Assembly: GCA_040414865.1 (NCBI GenBank)
Contig: JBEDUR010000133.1
Location: 1,104-65,103 of the forward strand
DNA length: 64,000 nucleotides
Source of the DNA: Acidimicrobiales bacterium
GTDB taxonomy: Bacteria > Actinomycetota > Acidimicrobiia > Acidimicrobiales > RAAP-2
Direction of reading: 5' to 3'
Shown here: in pieces, positions 1-7,529 of the stretch
Position numbering within the stretch: position 1 is the stretch's first letter
How the letters are laid out: every line of letters starts with the position of its first letter
Notes under the pieces: generated by a model
The model's input: only the letters and a program-made list of their open reading frames with translations
Database searches by the model: none
What the model was told of the DNA's origin: nothing
Program-made: the position numbers and the translations under genes

Positions 1-309
1 GGCGATGGCATGCCCGGTGCAGCCGATCACGACCGGTGCGGGATGCGACAGCAGCCGCTCGGCGAGCGTGAATCCCGACTTGAGCAGGTCGGCGGCCGCG
101 GTTCCCGACGCGTTCAAGACCTTGAGGTCGAACCCGGCCGAGAAGATCCCTTCCCGGCCCCGGACCACGAGCGGCAGCTCGTCATGGGCGGCGGCCTCAA
201 CGGCAGTGAGCAGGCCGGCCAGCATCTCGGGCGAGAGGACGTTGACCTTGCCATCGTCCAGGGTGATGGTGGCGACGCCGTCTGCGGCCTCGTATCTGAA
301 CGGTGCCAT
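1..309 (-). CDS. Enoyl-CoA hydratase/isomerase (crotonase) family protein, N-terminal part; gene runs off the window start
   Basis: Reverse-strand translation from ATG (complement of 307-309) reads MAPFRYEAADGVATITLDDGKVNVLSPEMLAGL...EGIFSAGFDLKVL, a typical crotonase N-terminus. It is absent from the ORF track because it has no stop inside the window. Confidence 0.7.
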   Translation of the reverse strand, partial: MAPFRYEAADGVATITLDDGKVNVLSPEMLAGLLTAVEAAAHDELPLVVRGREGIFSAGFDLKVLNASGTAAADLLKSGFTLAERLLSHPAPVVIGCTGHAIA

Positions 310-419
310 CGAGTCTCCTTGTGTGGTCGGGCCGATCGGGACGGTATCGGAACGCCGTGATGAAAATCGCCCGCGATCGTTGGCCGTTGGCCGATGGCCG
401 AAATCCGAGGTCAGGGTCC

Positions 420-447
420 TTGCGTCCCGGACAGATGCCGTTACAAT
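420..447 (+). promoter_or_regulatory. Candidate sigma-70-type promoter for the downstream membrane glycosyltransferase
   Basis: TTGCGT (420-425), 16-nt spacer, TACAAT (442-447), in the divergent intergenic region 310-586. Confidence 0.3.
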
Positions 448-586
448 GCCATTACAGCAGGGGTCGAGCGCGGGTCGCATGGCCCGCGGGGCGACGCCAT
501 CGCCTGCTTGTTGGTCGCGAGGGTGCCGGAAGGGGGCGGCGGGTCGCGGGCATGATGGCCTCGTCGTACATCCGAACGAGATCTGA

Positions 587-2317
587 GTGGGAGACCAACT
601 GAGAAATCAGCACGAGGCTTCCGCTCCCACCCCACCGAAGGCAGCCGGGGGGACGCTCGGGCGAGTTCGTGTCACCAGCACGGGCGCGTTCGAGCGCCTT
701 CGGTGGGCAGTCGAACGCCTCGCCATCGGGGCCGAGATGGTCCGGGTCCGGGTTGCACCGGCCGGGGTGCTCGCCGACAACGTCGATCCCGATCAGGCCG
801 AACCCGACGACTGGCGCTTCCTCCGGCGTCCGGCGCTCCTTGGGTTCCTCGCCCTGATTTCGCTCGGGGTGGGCGTCTCACTCGTCAGCTCGCCGTTCAA
901 ACTCGAGATGCCGGGGACCTGGTTCTTCGGCGAGCCATCGGAGCAGGGCGCCACCTCGACCGCCTTCTTGCTCTTCGGATTGGTCGCGGTGTACGGCGGT
1001 CTGGTGCTCCTGGCCCGCGTCTGGTTCGGGCTGACCCGAGCCCTGACTCGACGACCCGGCGTACCGACCAAGCACCTCTGGCTCATCCTGGGCCTCTGGC
1101 TGATCCCCCTTCTGGTGATCGCGCCGATCTTCAGCCGGGACGTCTTCTCCTACGCGGCCCAGGGCGAGATGGTGAGCCACCACATCAACCCCTACGTCTA
1201 CGGCCCCTACACGCTCGGCGCCGGACCGTACGTGAACCCGGTCGACTCGCTGTGGATGAACTCCCCGGCCCCCTACGGACCGCTCTTTTTGATGATCGAC
1301 GGGTTCTTCGCCACCGCCAGCCTCCACCACGTGCTCGTGACCGTCGTGCTTCTCCGGTTGCTGGCGGTGGCAGGGGTGGCGCTGATCGCCTACTGCATCC
1401 CCAAGCTCGCCCGCGCCAGCGGCCGTGACCCGGGGCCGATCTTCCTCCTGACCGCGCTGAACCCCATGGTTCTGCTCACCCTGGTGGGGTCGGCCCACAA
1501 CGACGCGATCATGATCGGGCTCCTCCTCGCCGGGATCACGGCGGCCAAGTGCAAGCACCCGGTCTGGGGCGTGGTGCTCTGCGCGCTGGCCATGGCGATC
1601 AAGGCCCCGGCCGGGCTCGGGGTGCTCTATGTCGGATGGGAGTGGCTGGGCCCCGGGGTGCCCTGGCGACAGCGTGTCCGTCCGGTGATCACCGCCGGCC
1701 TCATCACCCTGGCCATCCTGGCCCTCCTCTCGGTGGTGAGCGGGCTGGGGTGGGGTTGGGTGGCGAACCTGGAGACCCCCGGAACCGTACGCAGCTGGCT
1801 CGCCCCGACCACCGCCGTCGGTCTCGGGACGAGCGGGTTGCTGCATTCGATCGGCTGGCACATCTCGACGACCGGGGTCCTCTCGGCGGCCCGGGTCCTC
1901 GGGTTCACGGTCGCGGCCGTGGCCGGGGTGTACCTGCTCAAGGTGAGCGACCGCATCGGCGGCTTGAGGGCGCTGGCCATCACTCTGTTGCTGTTCGTGG
2001 TCCTCGGGCCGATCGTCCAGCAGTGGTACCTGTGCTGGGGCCTCATCCTCATCGCCCCGGTCGCCACCGGCCGGTGGCGCTCGTTCCTCGTGGCCGCCTC
2101 GGTGCTCGGTCCGTTCCTCGGGCTGCCGGGCGGCCGGGTGCTCGTCAACCAACTCCTGCACTCGAACCCGATCTCGGTGGCACTGGGTCTCTTGGTGCTG
2201 CTGGGCGTGCTCCTGGTGCCCCTGGGCCGCTGGTCGGCCTCGTGGCGCTCCGAGCCTGATGAGGAGTGGGCGATCGACGAGCCGGCGGAGGCTCCGGCGC
2301 AGCTGGCCGAGGTCTAG
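587..2317 (+). CDS. Polytopic GT-C-type membrane glycosyltransferase, MptA/MptB-like polyprenol-phosphate-mannose-dependent mannosyltransferase (family-level call)
   Basis: 576-aa ORF with many hydrophobic segments. The first loop motif FSRDVFSYAAQGEMV...NPYVYGP...PYGPLF resembles actinobacterial alpha-1,6-mannosyltransferases. The GTG start at 587 is uncertain; an in-frame ATG lies at 737. Confidence 0.55.
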   Translation: MGDQLRNQHEASAPTPPKAAGGTLGRVRVTSTGAFERLRWAVERLAIGAEMVRVRVAPAGVLADNVDPDQAEPDDWRFLRRPALLGFLALISLGVGVSLVSSPFKLEMPGTWFFGEPSEQGATSTAFLLFGLVAVYGGLVLLARVWFGLTRALTRRPGVPTKHLWLILGLWLIPLLVIAPIFSRDVFSYAAQGEMVSHHINPYVYGPYTLGAGPYVNPVDSLWMNSPAPYGPLFLMIDGFFATASLHHVLVTVVLLRLLAVAGVALIAYCIPKLARASGRDPGPIFLLTALNPMVLLTLVGSAHNDAIMIGLLLAGITAAKCKHPVWGVVLCALAMAIKAPAGLGVLYVGWEWLGPGVPWRQRVRPVITAGLITLAILALLSVVSGLGWGWVANLETPGTVRSWLAPTTAVGLGTSGLLHSIGWHISTTGVLSAARVLGFTVAAVAGVYLLKVSDRIGGLRALAITLLLFVVLGPIVQQWYLCWGLILIAPVATGRWRSFLVAASVLGPFLGLPGGRVLVNQLLHSNPISVALGLLVLLGVLLVPLGRWSASWRSEPDEEWAIDEPAEAPAQLAEV

Positions 2318-2335
2318 TCAGACCTCAGCGGGCGC

Positions 2336-2857
2336 TCACAGCATCAACTGGAGCTCGACGACGTCGAGCCAATGCCCGTGTTTGCGCCCCACCTCGCGCT
2401 CCACGCCGACCAGCTCGAAGCCGCAGGCCAGATGGAGCTCGGTGGAAGCGGTGTTCGAGCCCTCGGTGCGGGCGATGATCGTGTGGAAGCCGTGCTCGCT
2501 GGCCAGCCGGACCAGCTCCTCGAGCAGGGCCCGGCCGACCCCCCGCCGACGGGCCTGACGGGCGACGTAGACGGAGTTCTCGACCGTGGTCGCATAGCCC
2601 GGCTTGTCGCGGTACGGCGAGAGAGACCCGAAGCCGAGCACCGGCTCCGCGCGGTCTCCGAGCAGGTCGGAGCCGGCCCCCGGCTCGTCCACCGCGACGA
2701 TGGCCGGGTGGGCGCCGGCATGGTGGTCCAGCCACCGGCGCTGGTCGGCGGCGGTACGGGGCACGATGTCGAAGGTGACGAGGGTCTCGGTGACCTCGGC
2801 GTTGTAGATCGTGGCGATGGCCTCGAGGTCGCCCACCTCGGCGGGCCGTATCCGCAC
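2336..2857 (-). CDS. GNAT family N-acetyltransferase (phosphinothricin/YncA-like)
   Basis: 173-aa ORF MRIRPAEVGDLEAIATIYNAEV...VYVARQARRRGVGRALLEELV...HTIIARTEGSNTASTELHLACGFELVG. This is the acetyl-CoA binding Q/RxxGxG/A motif and PAT-like layout. Confidence 0.8.
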   Translation of the reverse strand: MRIRPAEVGDLEAIATIYNAEVTETLVTFDIVPRTAADQRRWLDHHAGAHPAIVAVDEPGAGSDLLGDRAEPVLGFGSLSPYRDKPGYATTVENSVYVARQARRRGVGRALLEELVRLASEHGFHTIIARTEGSNTASTELHLACGFELVGVEREVGRKHGHWLDVVELQLML

Positions 2858-2992
2858 TACGAGATGGTAGGCGCACTGGGTCGCCCGGTGGCTGCTCTCA
2901 TGGGTGCCAGGCGCCCCGGGCCAGCCCGGACCACGCCTTCCCCGTTCGGTCGTGGCGTAAACTGGCCGGGCGGTCGGAGCAGGTGCGGCGGC

Positions 2993-3065
2993 GCCCCCTT
3001 AGCTCAGTCGGTAGAGCACAGCCATGGTAAGGCTGGTGTCGTCGGTTCGATTCCGACAGGGGGCT
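2993..3065 (+). tRNA. tRNA-Thr (anticodon GGT)
   Basis: Hand-folded cloverleaf: acceptor GCCCCCT/AGGGGGC, D arm GCTC-AGTCGGTA-GAGC, anticodon stem CAGCC/GGCTG with loop ATGGTAA, T arm GTCGG-TTCGATT-CCGAC. Length 73 nt. Confidence 0.9.
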
Positions 3066-3069
3066 CCCC

Positions 3070-3146
3070 GGCGGCGTAGCTCAGTTGGTCAGAGCACACG
3101 GCTCATAATCGTGGGGTCGCGGGTTCGAGTCCCGCCGCCGCTACCA
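3070..3146 (+). tRNA. tRNA-Met, elongator type (anticodon CAT), CCA encoded
   Basis: Acceptor GGCGGCG/CGCCGCT, anticodon loop CTCATAA, T arm GCGGG-TTCGAGT-CCCGC, 3-prime ACCA. It lacks the three consecutive G-C pairs at the base of the anticodon stem that mark initiator tRNA. Confidence 0.85.
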
Positions 3147-3171
3147 CTGGGAAGGCAAAGGAGAACGCGGG

Positions 3172-3336
3172 ATGCCGAAGAACGAGAAGCGGGTCCATGT
3201 CACGCTGGCCTGCGAGGTCTGCAAGCGACGGAACTACATCACGGTCAAGAACAAGAACAACAACCGTGAGCGGATCGAGATGAAGAAGTACTGCCGCTGG
3301 GACCGGCGTCACACCCTCCATCGGGAGACCCGCTGA
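3172..3336 (+). CDS. rpmG: 50S ribosomal protein L33
   Basis: 54-aa ORF, too short for the ORF track: [60 protein letters not shown] Shine-Dalgarno upstream. Canonical position before tRNA-Trp/secE. Confidence 0.9.
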   Translation: MPKNEKRVHVTLACEVCKRRNYITVKNKNNNRERIEMKKYCRWDRRHTLHRETR

Positions 3337-3444
3337 ACCCGCCTCCCGCCCGGCCGGCCCGCCCGGGCCGGTGGTAGTCTTCCGTGTTGCTGCCCAGGTC
3401 AAACGGCTCGGGCCACCACCCGAAGGGGCTGAGGGCGGTCACCG

Positions 3445-3517
3445 AGGGCAGTAGCTCAACTGGTAGAGCACCGGTCTCCAAAACCGGCGGTTGGGGGTTC
3501 GAGTCCCTCCTGCCCTG
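3445..3517 (+). tRNA. tRNA-Trp (anticodon CCA)
   Basis: Acceptor AGGGCAG/CTGCCCT, anticodon stem CCGGT/ACCGG with loop CTCCAAA, T loop TTCGAGT. Length 73 nt. Confidence 0.9.
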
Positions 3518-3562
3518 CTCCTCGCCAGACCCGAGAGCCAGCTCGACACACGGAGCGTTCCC

Positions 3563-3859
3563 ATGAACCGCGAGACCAAGCGACTGATGCAGCGCCAGGG
3601 CCAGATGGAGGCCGACGGGTCGCCGTCCACCCGACGGCCGACCCAGGCGCCGGTCGCCCCCCGCCGCCGCCAGCGGACCTCGCCGACCCAGTTCGCGCGA
3701 GAGGTCCGGGACGAGCTCCGGCAGGTCGCCTGGCCGAACCGCGCCGAGATGGTGAACTACACGACCGTCGTGATCACCACCCTGGTCATCATGGTGTCCT
3801 TGATCTTCGTCCTGAACCTGGCCTTCGGGAAGGCCATTCTCTTTCTGTTCACCAAATGA
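3563..3859 (+). CDS. secE: Preprotein translocase subunit SecE
   Basis: Start taken at the ATG for MNRETKRL, because the upstream part of ORF 3491-3859 overlaps tRNA-Trp. C-terminus [42 protein letters not shown] is a typical SecE TM helix. The stop overlaps the nusG start. Confidence 0.85.
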   Translation: MNRETKRLMQRQGQMEADGSPSTRRPTQAPVAPRRRQRTSPTQFAREVRDELRQVAWPNRAEMVNYTTVVITTLVIMVSLIFVLNLAFGKAILFLFTK

Positions 3860-4632
3860 GCCCTGACGACCCAGACGAGCACGAGTTCGCCCCGGCGGAG
3901 CCGACCGAGGTGACCAGCGACGGACTGCGGGCCGAGGCCGGCGATAACCCCACGGTGGCCGAGGCCGAAGCCTCGCCTGTCGAGAGCCTCGACCCCGAGG
4001 TGGTCCTCGACGCCACGTCGGAGGGCAGCGAATACCCCGAGGACGAGGTGGACGAGGAAGAGCAGCTCCCCTTGCCGAGCCCCTTCGACCGGCCCGGGCG
4101 CTGGTACGTGGTCCACACCTACTCGGGCTACGAGAACAAGGTGAAGGGCAACCTCTTCAACGTGATGGCCTCCCGGAGCATGGAAGACCGGGTCTTCGAG
4201 ATCGTGATCCCGATGGAAGACGTGGTCGAGTTCAAGGCGGGCCGGAAGGTCACCGTGGCCAAGAAGGTCTTCCCCGGGTACCTGCTCGTCCGCTGCGATC
4301 TGGACGACGACGTCTGGGGAGCCATCCGCAACACGCCCGGCGTCACCGGCTTCGTCGGGCCCGGGACCAAGCCCACCCCGCTGTCCCGGCGCGAGGTGGA
4401 GAGCATCCTCCAGGTGAAAGTCGCCGGAACCGAGGCGGCGCCCAAGCGGACCCGGCCCCGCATGGAGTACGAGCTGGGCGAGACCGTCCGGGTCAAAGAA
4501 GGACCCTTTGCCGATTTCTCCGGGCAAATCGACGACATCAACGAAGACCAACTCAAGCTGAAGGTCCTGGTGAACATCTTCGGTCGGGAAACCCCGGTCG
4601 AGCTGGAGTTCAGCCAGGTGGCCAAGCTCTAG
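3856..4632 (+). CDS. nusG: Transcription termination/antitermination factor NusG, with an acidic N-terminal extension of about 80 aa
   Basis: NGN motif [14 protein letters not shown]...KVFPGYLLV and a C-terminal KOW ([18 protein letters not shown]). ATGA overlap with secE. Confidence 0.95.
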   Translation: MSPDDPDEHEFAPAEPTEVTSDGLRAEAGDNPTVAEAEASPVESLDPEVVLDATSEGSEYPEDEVDEEEQLPLPSPFDRPGRWYVVHTYSGYENKVKGNLFNVMASRSMEDRVFEIVIPMEDVVEFKAGRKVTVAKKVFPGYLLVRCDLDDDVWGAIRNTPGVTGFVGPGTKPTPLSRREVESILQVKVAGTEAAPKRTRPRMEYELGETVRVKEGPFADFSGQIDDINEDQLKLKVLVNIFGRETPVELEFSQVAKL

Positions 4633-4666
4633 AGTTCCAGATCCAAGAGTTTCGAGAGGGATTCGG

Positions 4667-5098
4667 ATGCCCCCCCGCAAGCGCGTGCTCGCCAAAGTCA
4701 AGATTCAGCTCGAGGCCGGCTCGGCCACGCCGGCGCCCCCGGTGGGGACGGCGCTCGGGCCCCATGGCGTCCAGACGATGGAGTTCTGCAAGCAGTACAA
4801 CGCGGCCACCGAGTCCCAGCGCGGCACGGTCATCCCGGCAGACATCACCATCTACGAGGACCGGTCGTTCAGCTTCGTGCTGAAGACCCCGCCCACCCCG
4901 GTGCTGTTGCGCCAGGCAGCTGGCGTGGCGAAGGGGGCGACCACCTCCGGGCGCGAGCAGGTGGGGACGGTCACCGACGCGCAACTGGCCGACATTGCCC
5001 GGGTCAAGCTCCCGGACCTCAACACCGAGGACCTGGAGCAGGCGAAACGTCAGGTTGCAGGGACGGCACGCTCGATGGGCATCGCCGTCTCGGATTGA
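4667..5098 (+). CDS. rplK: 50S ribosomal protein L11
   Basis: 143 aa, [26 protein letters not shown]...FCKQYN signature. Confidence 0.97.
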   Translation: MPPRKRVLAKVKIQLEAGSATPAPPVGTALGPHGVQTMEFCKQYNAATESQRGTVIPADITIYEDRSFSFVLKTPPTPVLLRQAAGVAKGATTSGREQVGTVTDAQLADIARVKLPDLNTEDLEQAKRQVAGTARSMGIAVSD

Positions 5099-5123
5099 GT
5101 TCCACGACAAGCGGAGACCGAAG

Positions 5124-5846
5124 ATGACACAGCACGGCAAGAAGTACCAAGAGGCCCTCTCTCAGGTGGACCGGGAGGAGCATCTCAGCGTGTCGGCCGC
5201 CATCGACCTGGTGAAGCAGCTCGCCACGGCCAAGTTCGACGAGACCATCGAGCTGGCCGTCCGGCTCGGGGTTGACCCGAGGAAGGCCGACCAGATCCTG
5301 CGCGGGACGCTTTCACTTCCCTCGGGCTCGGGTCGGGACGTGCGGGTCGCGGTCTTCGCCGCCGGCGAGAAGGCCACTGAGGCCCGCTCGGCCGGGGCCG
5401 ACGTCGTCGGGGCCGAGGACCTGGTTGCCAGAGTGGCCAACGAGGGGTTCTTGGGTTTCGATGTCGCCATCGCCACCCCCGACCTCATGGGAAGAGTCGG
5501 AACGGTGGGCAGGATCCTCGGCCCACGGGGCCTCATGCCCAATCCCAAGACCGGCACGGTGACCATGGACGTGGGTCGGGCGGTCAGCGAGTTCAAGAGT
5601 GGGCGGGTCGAGTACCGGACCGACAAAGTGGGCAACATCCATGTCCCGGTGGGGAAGGCTTCGTTCACGAAGCCCCAGCTCATAGTGAACATCCACGCGG
5701 TCGTTGAGGAGCTGGTCCGGGTGAGGCCGGCCGCCGCCAAGGGTCGCTACATCAAATCGGCGACCCTTTCGTCGACCATGGGCCCGGGCGTGCGAATCGA
5801 CCCGGCCCGGGTCCGCGAGGTCGAAGAAGAGCTCGTAGAAGCCTGA
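5124..5846 (+). CDS. rplA: 50S ribosomal protein L1
   Basis: In-frame ATG giving MTQHGKKYQEALSQVD..., a typical L1 N-terminus. GGAGA Shine-Dalgarno upstream. 240 aa. Confidence 0.95.
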   Translation: MTQHGKKYQEALSQVDREEHLSVSAAIDLVKQLATAKFDETIELAVRLGVDPRKADQILRGTLSLPSGSGRDVRVAVFAAGEKATEARSAGADVVGAEDLVARVANEGFLGFDVAIATPDLMGRVGTVGRILGPRGLMPNPKTGTVTMDVGRAVSEFKSGRVEYRTDKVGNIHVPVGKASFTKPQLIVNIHAVVEELVRVRPAAAKGRYIKSATLSSTMGPGVRIDPARVREVEEELVEA

Positions 5847-6078
5847 CCGCCGAGACGTCGGTCCGCCGACGAGTAGAGTGCAGCGGTCCGTCCGCGAGGG
5901 CGGGCCCCAGAAGATAACGCCGCAGACCTCCGGTGCACTTCGGTGCCGAAGGGGCTCACCGAGCCCGCCTGACGAGGCGATCCGTTCCGGGGCCGGGATC
6001 CGGCCCCGTGACCATCGCTCGAGTCGCTGCGGCCAACGAGATCCGCAGGGACTTTCCGGTGAGGACCGGGGGAGAGCG
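5847..6078 (+). promoter_or_regulatory. Candidate structured rplJ (L10) leader
   Basis: 232-nt non-coding spacer before rplJ. It contains a perfect 9-bp GC hairpin CGGGGCCGG-gat-CCGGCCCCG (5988-6008) and a GCAC-UUCG-GUGC tetraloop hairpin (5935-5946). Position matches known L10-leader autoregulatory RNAs; no covariance-model check was possible. Confidence 0.35.
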
Positions 6079-6744
6079 ATGGAGAAGCCACGGCCGGAGA
6101 AGGTCGCAGTGGTCGAAGAGGTGCGTGAGCGCTTCGCGTCGGCCGACGCCACGGTCATCACTGAGTATCGCGGGCTCACCGTCACCCAGCTGGCCGAGCT
6201 CCGCAAGGCGCTCGGCGCGCTCGGGGACTACAAGATCTATAAGAACACCCTGGTTCGCCTGGCCGTGGCCGGCGGCGAGCAACACGAGCTCACCGAGCTC
6301 TTGACCGGCCCGAGCGCGATCGCGTTCGTGAACGGCGAGGTCAGCGCGGCGGCCAAGGCCCTGCGGGACTTCGCCCGGACCAACCCGGCCTTGGTGATGA
6401 AGGGCGGGTTTGCCGGCGGGGCCATGCTGAGCACCCAGGACCTGGCCCGGCTGGCCGACCTCCCTTCCCGAGAGGTGCTACTGGCTCGCTTCGCCGGCGG
6501 GCTGGCCGCGCCGCTCCAGCAGCTGGCCGGCCTGCTCCAGGCGCTCCCCCGGAACCTGGTGTACGGCCTCTCTGCTCTTTTGGACCAGCGAAGGGCGGAC
6601 GAGGTCAGCGAGGCCGGGCCCGACGAGGTCGGCGGCCGCGTCGACGAGCCGGTCGCCGAGGAAGCCGCCGAGACGGTCGAAGACGGGGTGGTGCAGTCCG
6701 TCCCGGAATCGGCCGCAGAGGAGGAGTCTGGTCCGGGCGCCTGA
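6079..6744 (+). CDS. rplJ: 50S ribosomal protein L10, with an acidic C-terminal extension
   Basis: ATG giving MEKPRPEKVAVVEEVRERFASADATVITEYRGLTVTQLAELR (L10 signature). 221 aa. Tail DEVSEAGPDEV...AAEEESGPGA. Confidence 0.9.
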   Translation: MEKPRPEKVAVVEEVRERFASADATVITEYRGLTVTQLAELRKALGALGDYKIYKNTLVRLAVAGGEQHELTELLTGPSAIAFVNGEVSAAAKALRDFARTNPALVMKGGFAGGAMLSTQDLARLADLPSREVLLARFAGGLAAPLQQLAGLLQALPRNLVYGLSALLDQRRADEVSEAGPDEVGGRVDEPVAEEAAETVEDGVVQSVPESAAEEESGPGA

Positions 6745-6813
6745 GCGCACCGGTCGGGACGTCAACATCGAGAACACGCCTCGAGAGCCCTCGAGAGCAC
6801 AGAAAGGAACACC

Positions 6814-7209
6814 ATGGCTGGGACCATCAGCAAAGAGGAGATCCTCGAGGGAATCGCGGCCCTCTCGGTCCTCGAGTTGAGCGAACTCCTGAAGGAGTTC
6901 GAGGAGCGCTTCGGGGTGAGCGCGGCGGCGCCGGTCGCCGTGGCCGCGGCGCCGACCGCGGGCGGGGCCGAGGCCGCCGGGTCGGCCGAGGAGGAGCAGA
7001 GCGAGTTCGACGTGATCCTGACGGCCGTCGGGGACAAGAAAATCCAGGTCATCAAGGAGGTCCGCACCCTGACCAGCCTCGGGCTCAAGGAAGCCAAGGA
7101 CCTGGTTGACGGGGCCCCAAAGCCGGTCCTCGAGCGGGTCGGCAAGGACGAGGCGGACAAGGCCAAGGCCGCCCTGGAGGGTGCCGGAGGCACCGTCGAG
7201 CTCAAGTAA
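6814..7209 (+). CDS. rplL: 50S ribosomal protein L7/L12
   Basis: 131 aa. Ala-rich hinge, then C-terminal domain [31 protein letters not shown]... Confidence 0.97.
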   Translation: MAGTISKEEILEGIAALSVLELSELLKEFEERFGVSAAAPVAVAAAPTAGGAEAAGSAEEEQSEFDVILTAVGDKKIQVIKEVRTLTSLGLKEAKDLVDGAPKPVLERVGKDEADKAKAALEGAGGTVELK

Positions 7210-7226
7210 GGCCTGGCCAGCAGGCC

Positions 7227-7275
7227 ACCGGAGCGGGACCCTTGACTCGCCGGGTCCGGTTCTTTAACCTTTTTT
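7227..7275 (+). terminator. Possible weak intrinsic terminator/attenuator between rplL and rpoB
   Basis: GGACCC(7236-7241)/GGGTCC(7252-7257) stem, or alternative ACCGGA/TCCGGT pairing. It is followed by the T-rich tract ttctttaacctttttt, which ends in six T at 7270-7275. The stem is short, so this is weak. Confidence 0.25.
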
Positions 7276-7329
7276 CGAGCCCGCGGGGGCCGATCGGCTA
7301 GCCCGTCTGGGGTGGCGCGACCCAAGGGG

Positions 7330-7357
7330 TTGTATTTTTCTGCGTCTCCGCTAAACT
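7330..7357 (+). promoter_or_regulatory. Candidate promoter upstream of rpoB
   Basis: TTGTAT (7330-7335), 16-nt spacer, TAAACT (7352-7357), in an unusually AT-rich patch of the 320-nt rplL-rpoB spacer. Confidence 0.3.
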
Positions 7358-7529
7358 ATCGGGTTGCCGTGCCCAACCCTTGGTTCGTGTCCATTTCGAT
7401 GCGGCCGCGCGCGTCACGGCTCCGCCCTGGCCACCCGCGTCCCCTTCACCCTCGCTCCGGAGTCGCGCCCCGGAGGCGTCTCGCATTCCCCGTCTCATCA
7501 GTCAGCACCCAACCTGGAGGAGTAGGCCG

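Noticed and set aside
5-586. 193-aa plus-strand ORF at the window start
   Set aside because: The opposite strand (1-309) reads as a clean crotonase N-terminus. The plus-strand translation has Ser/Arg/Pro-rich artefact composition.
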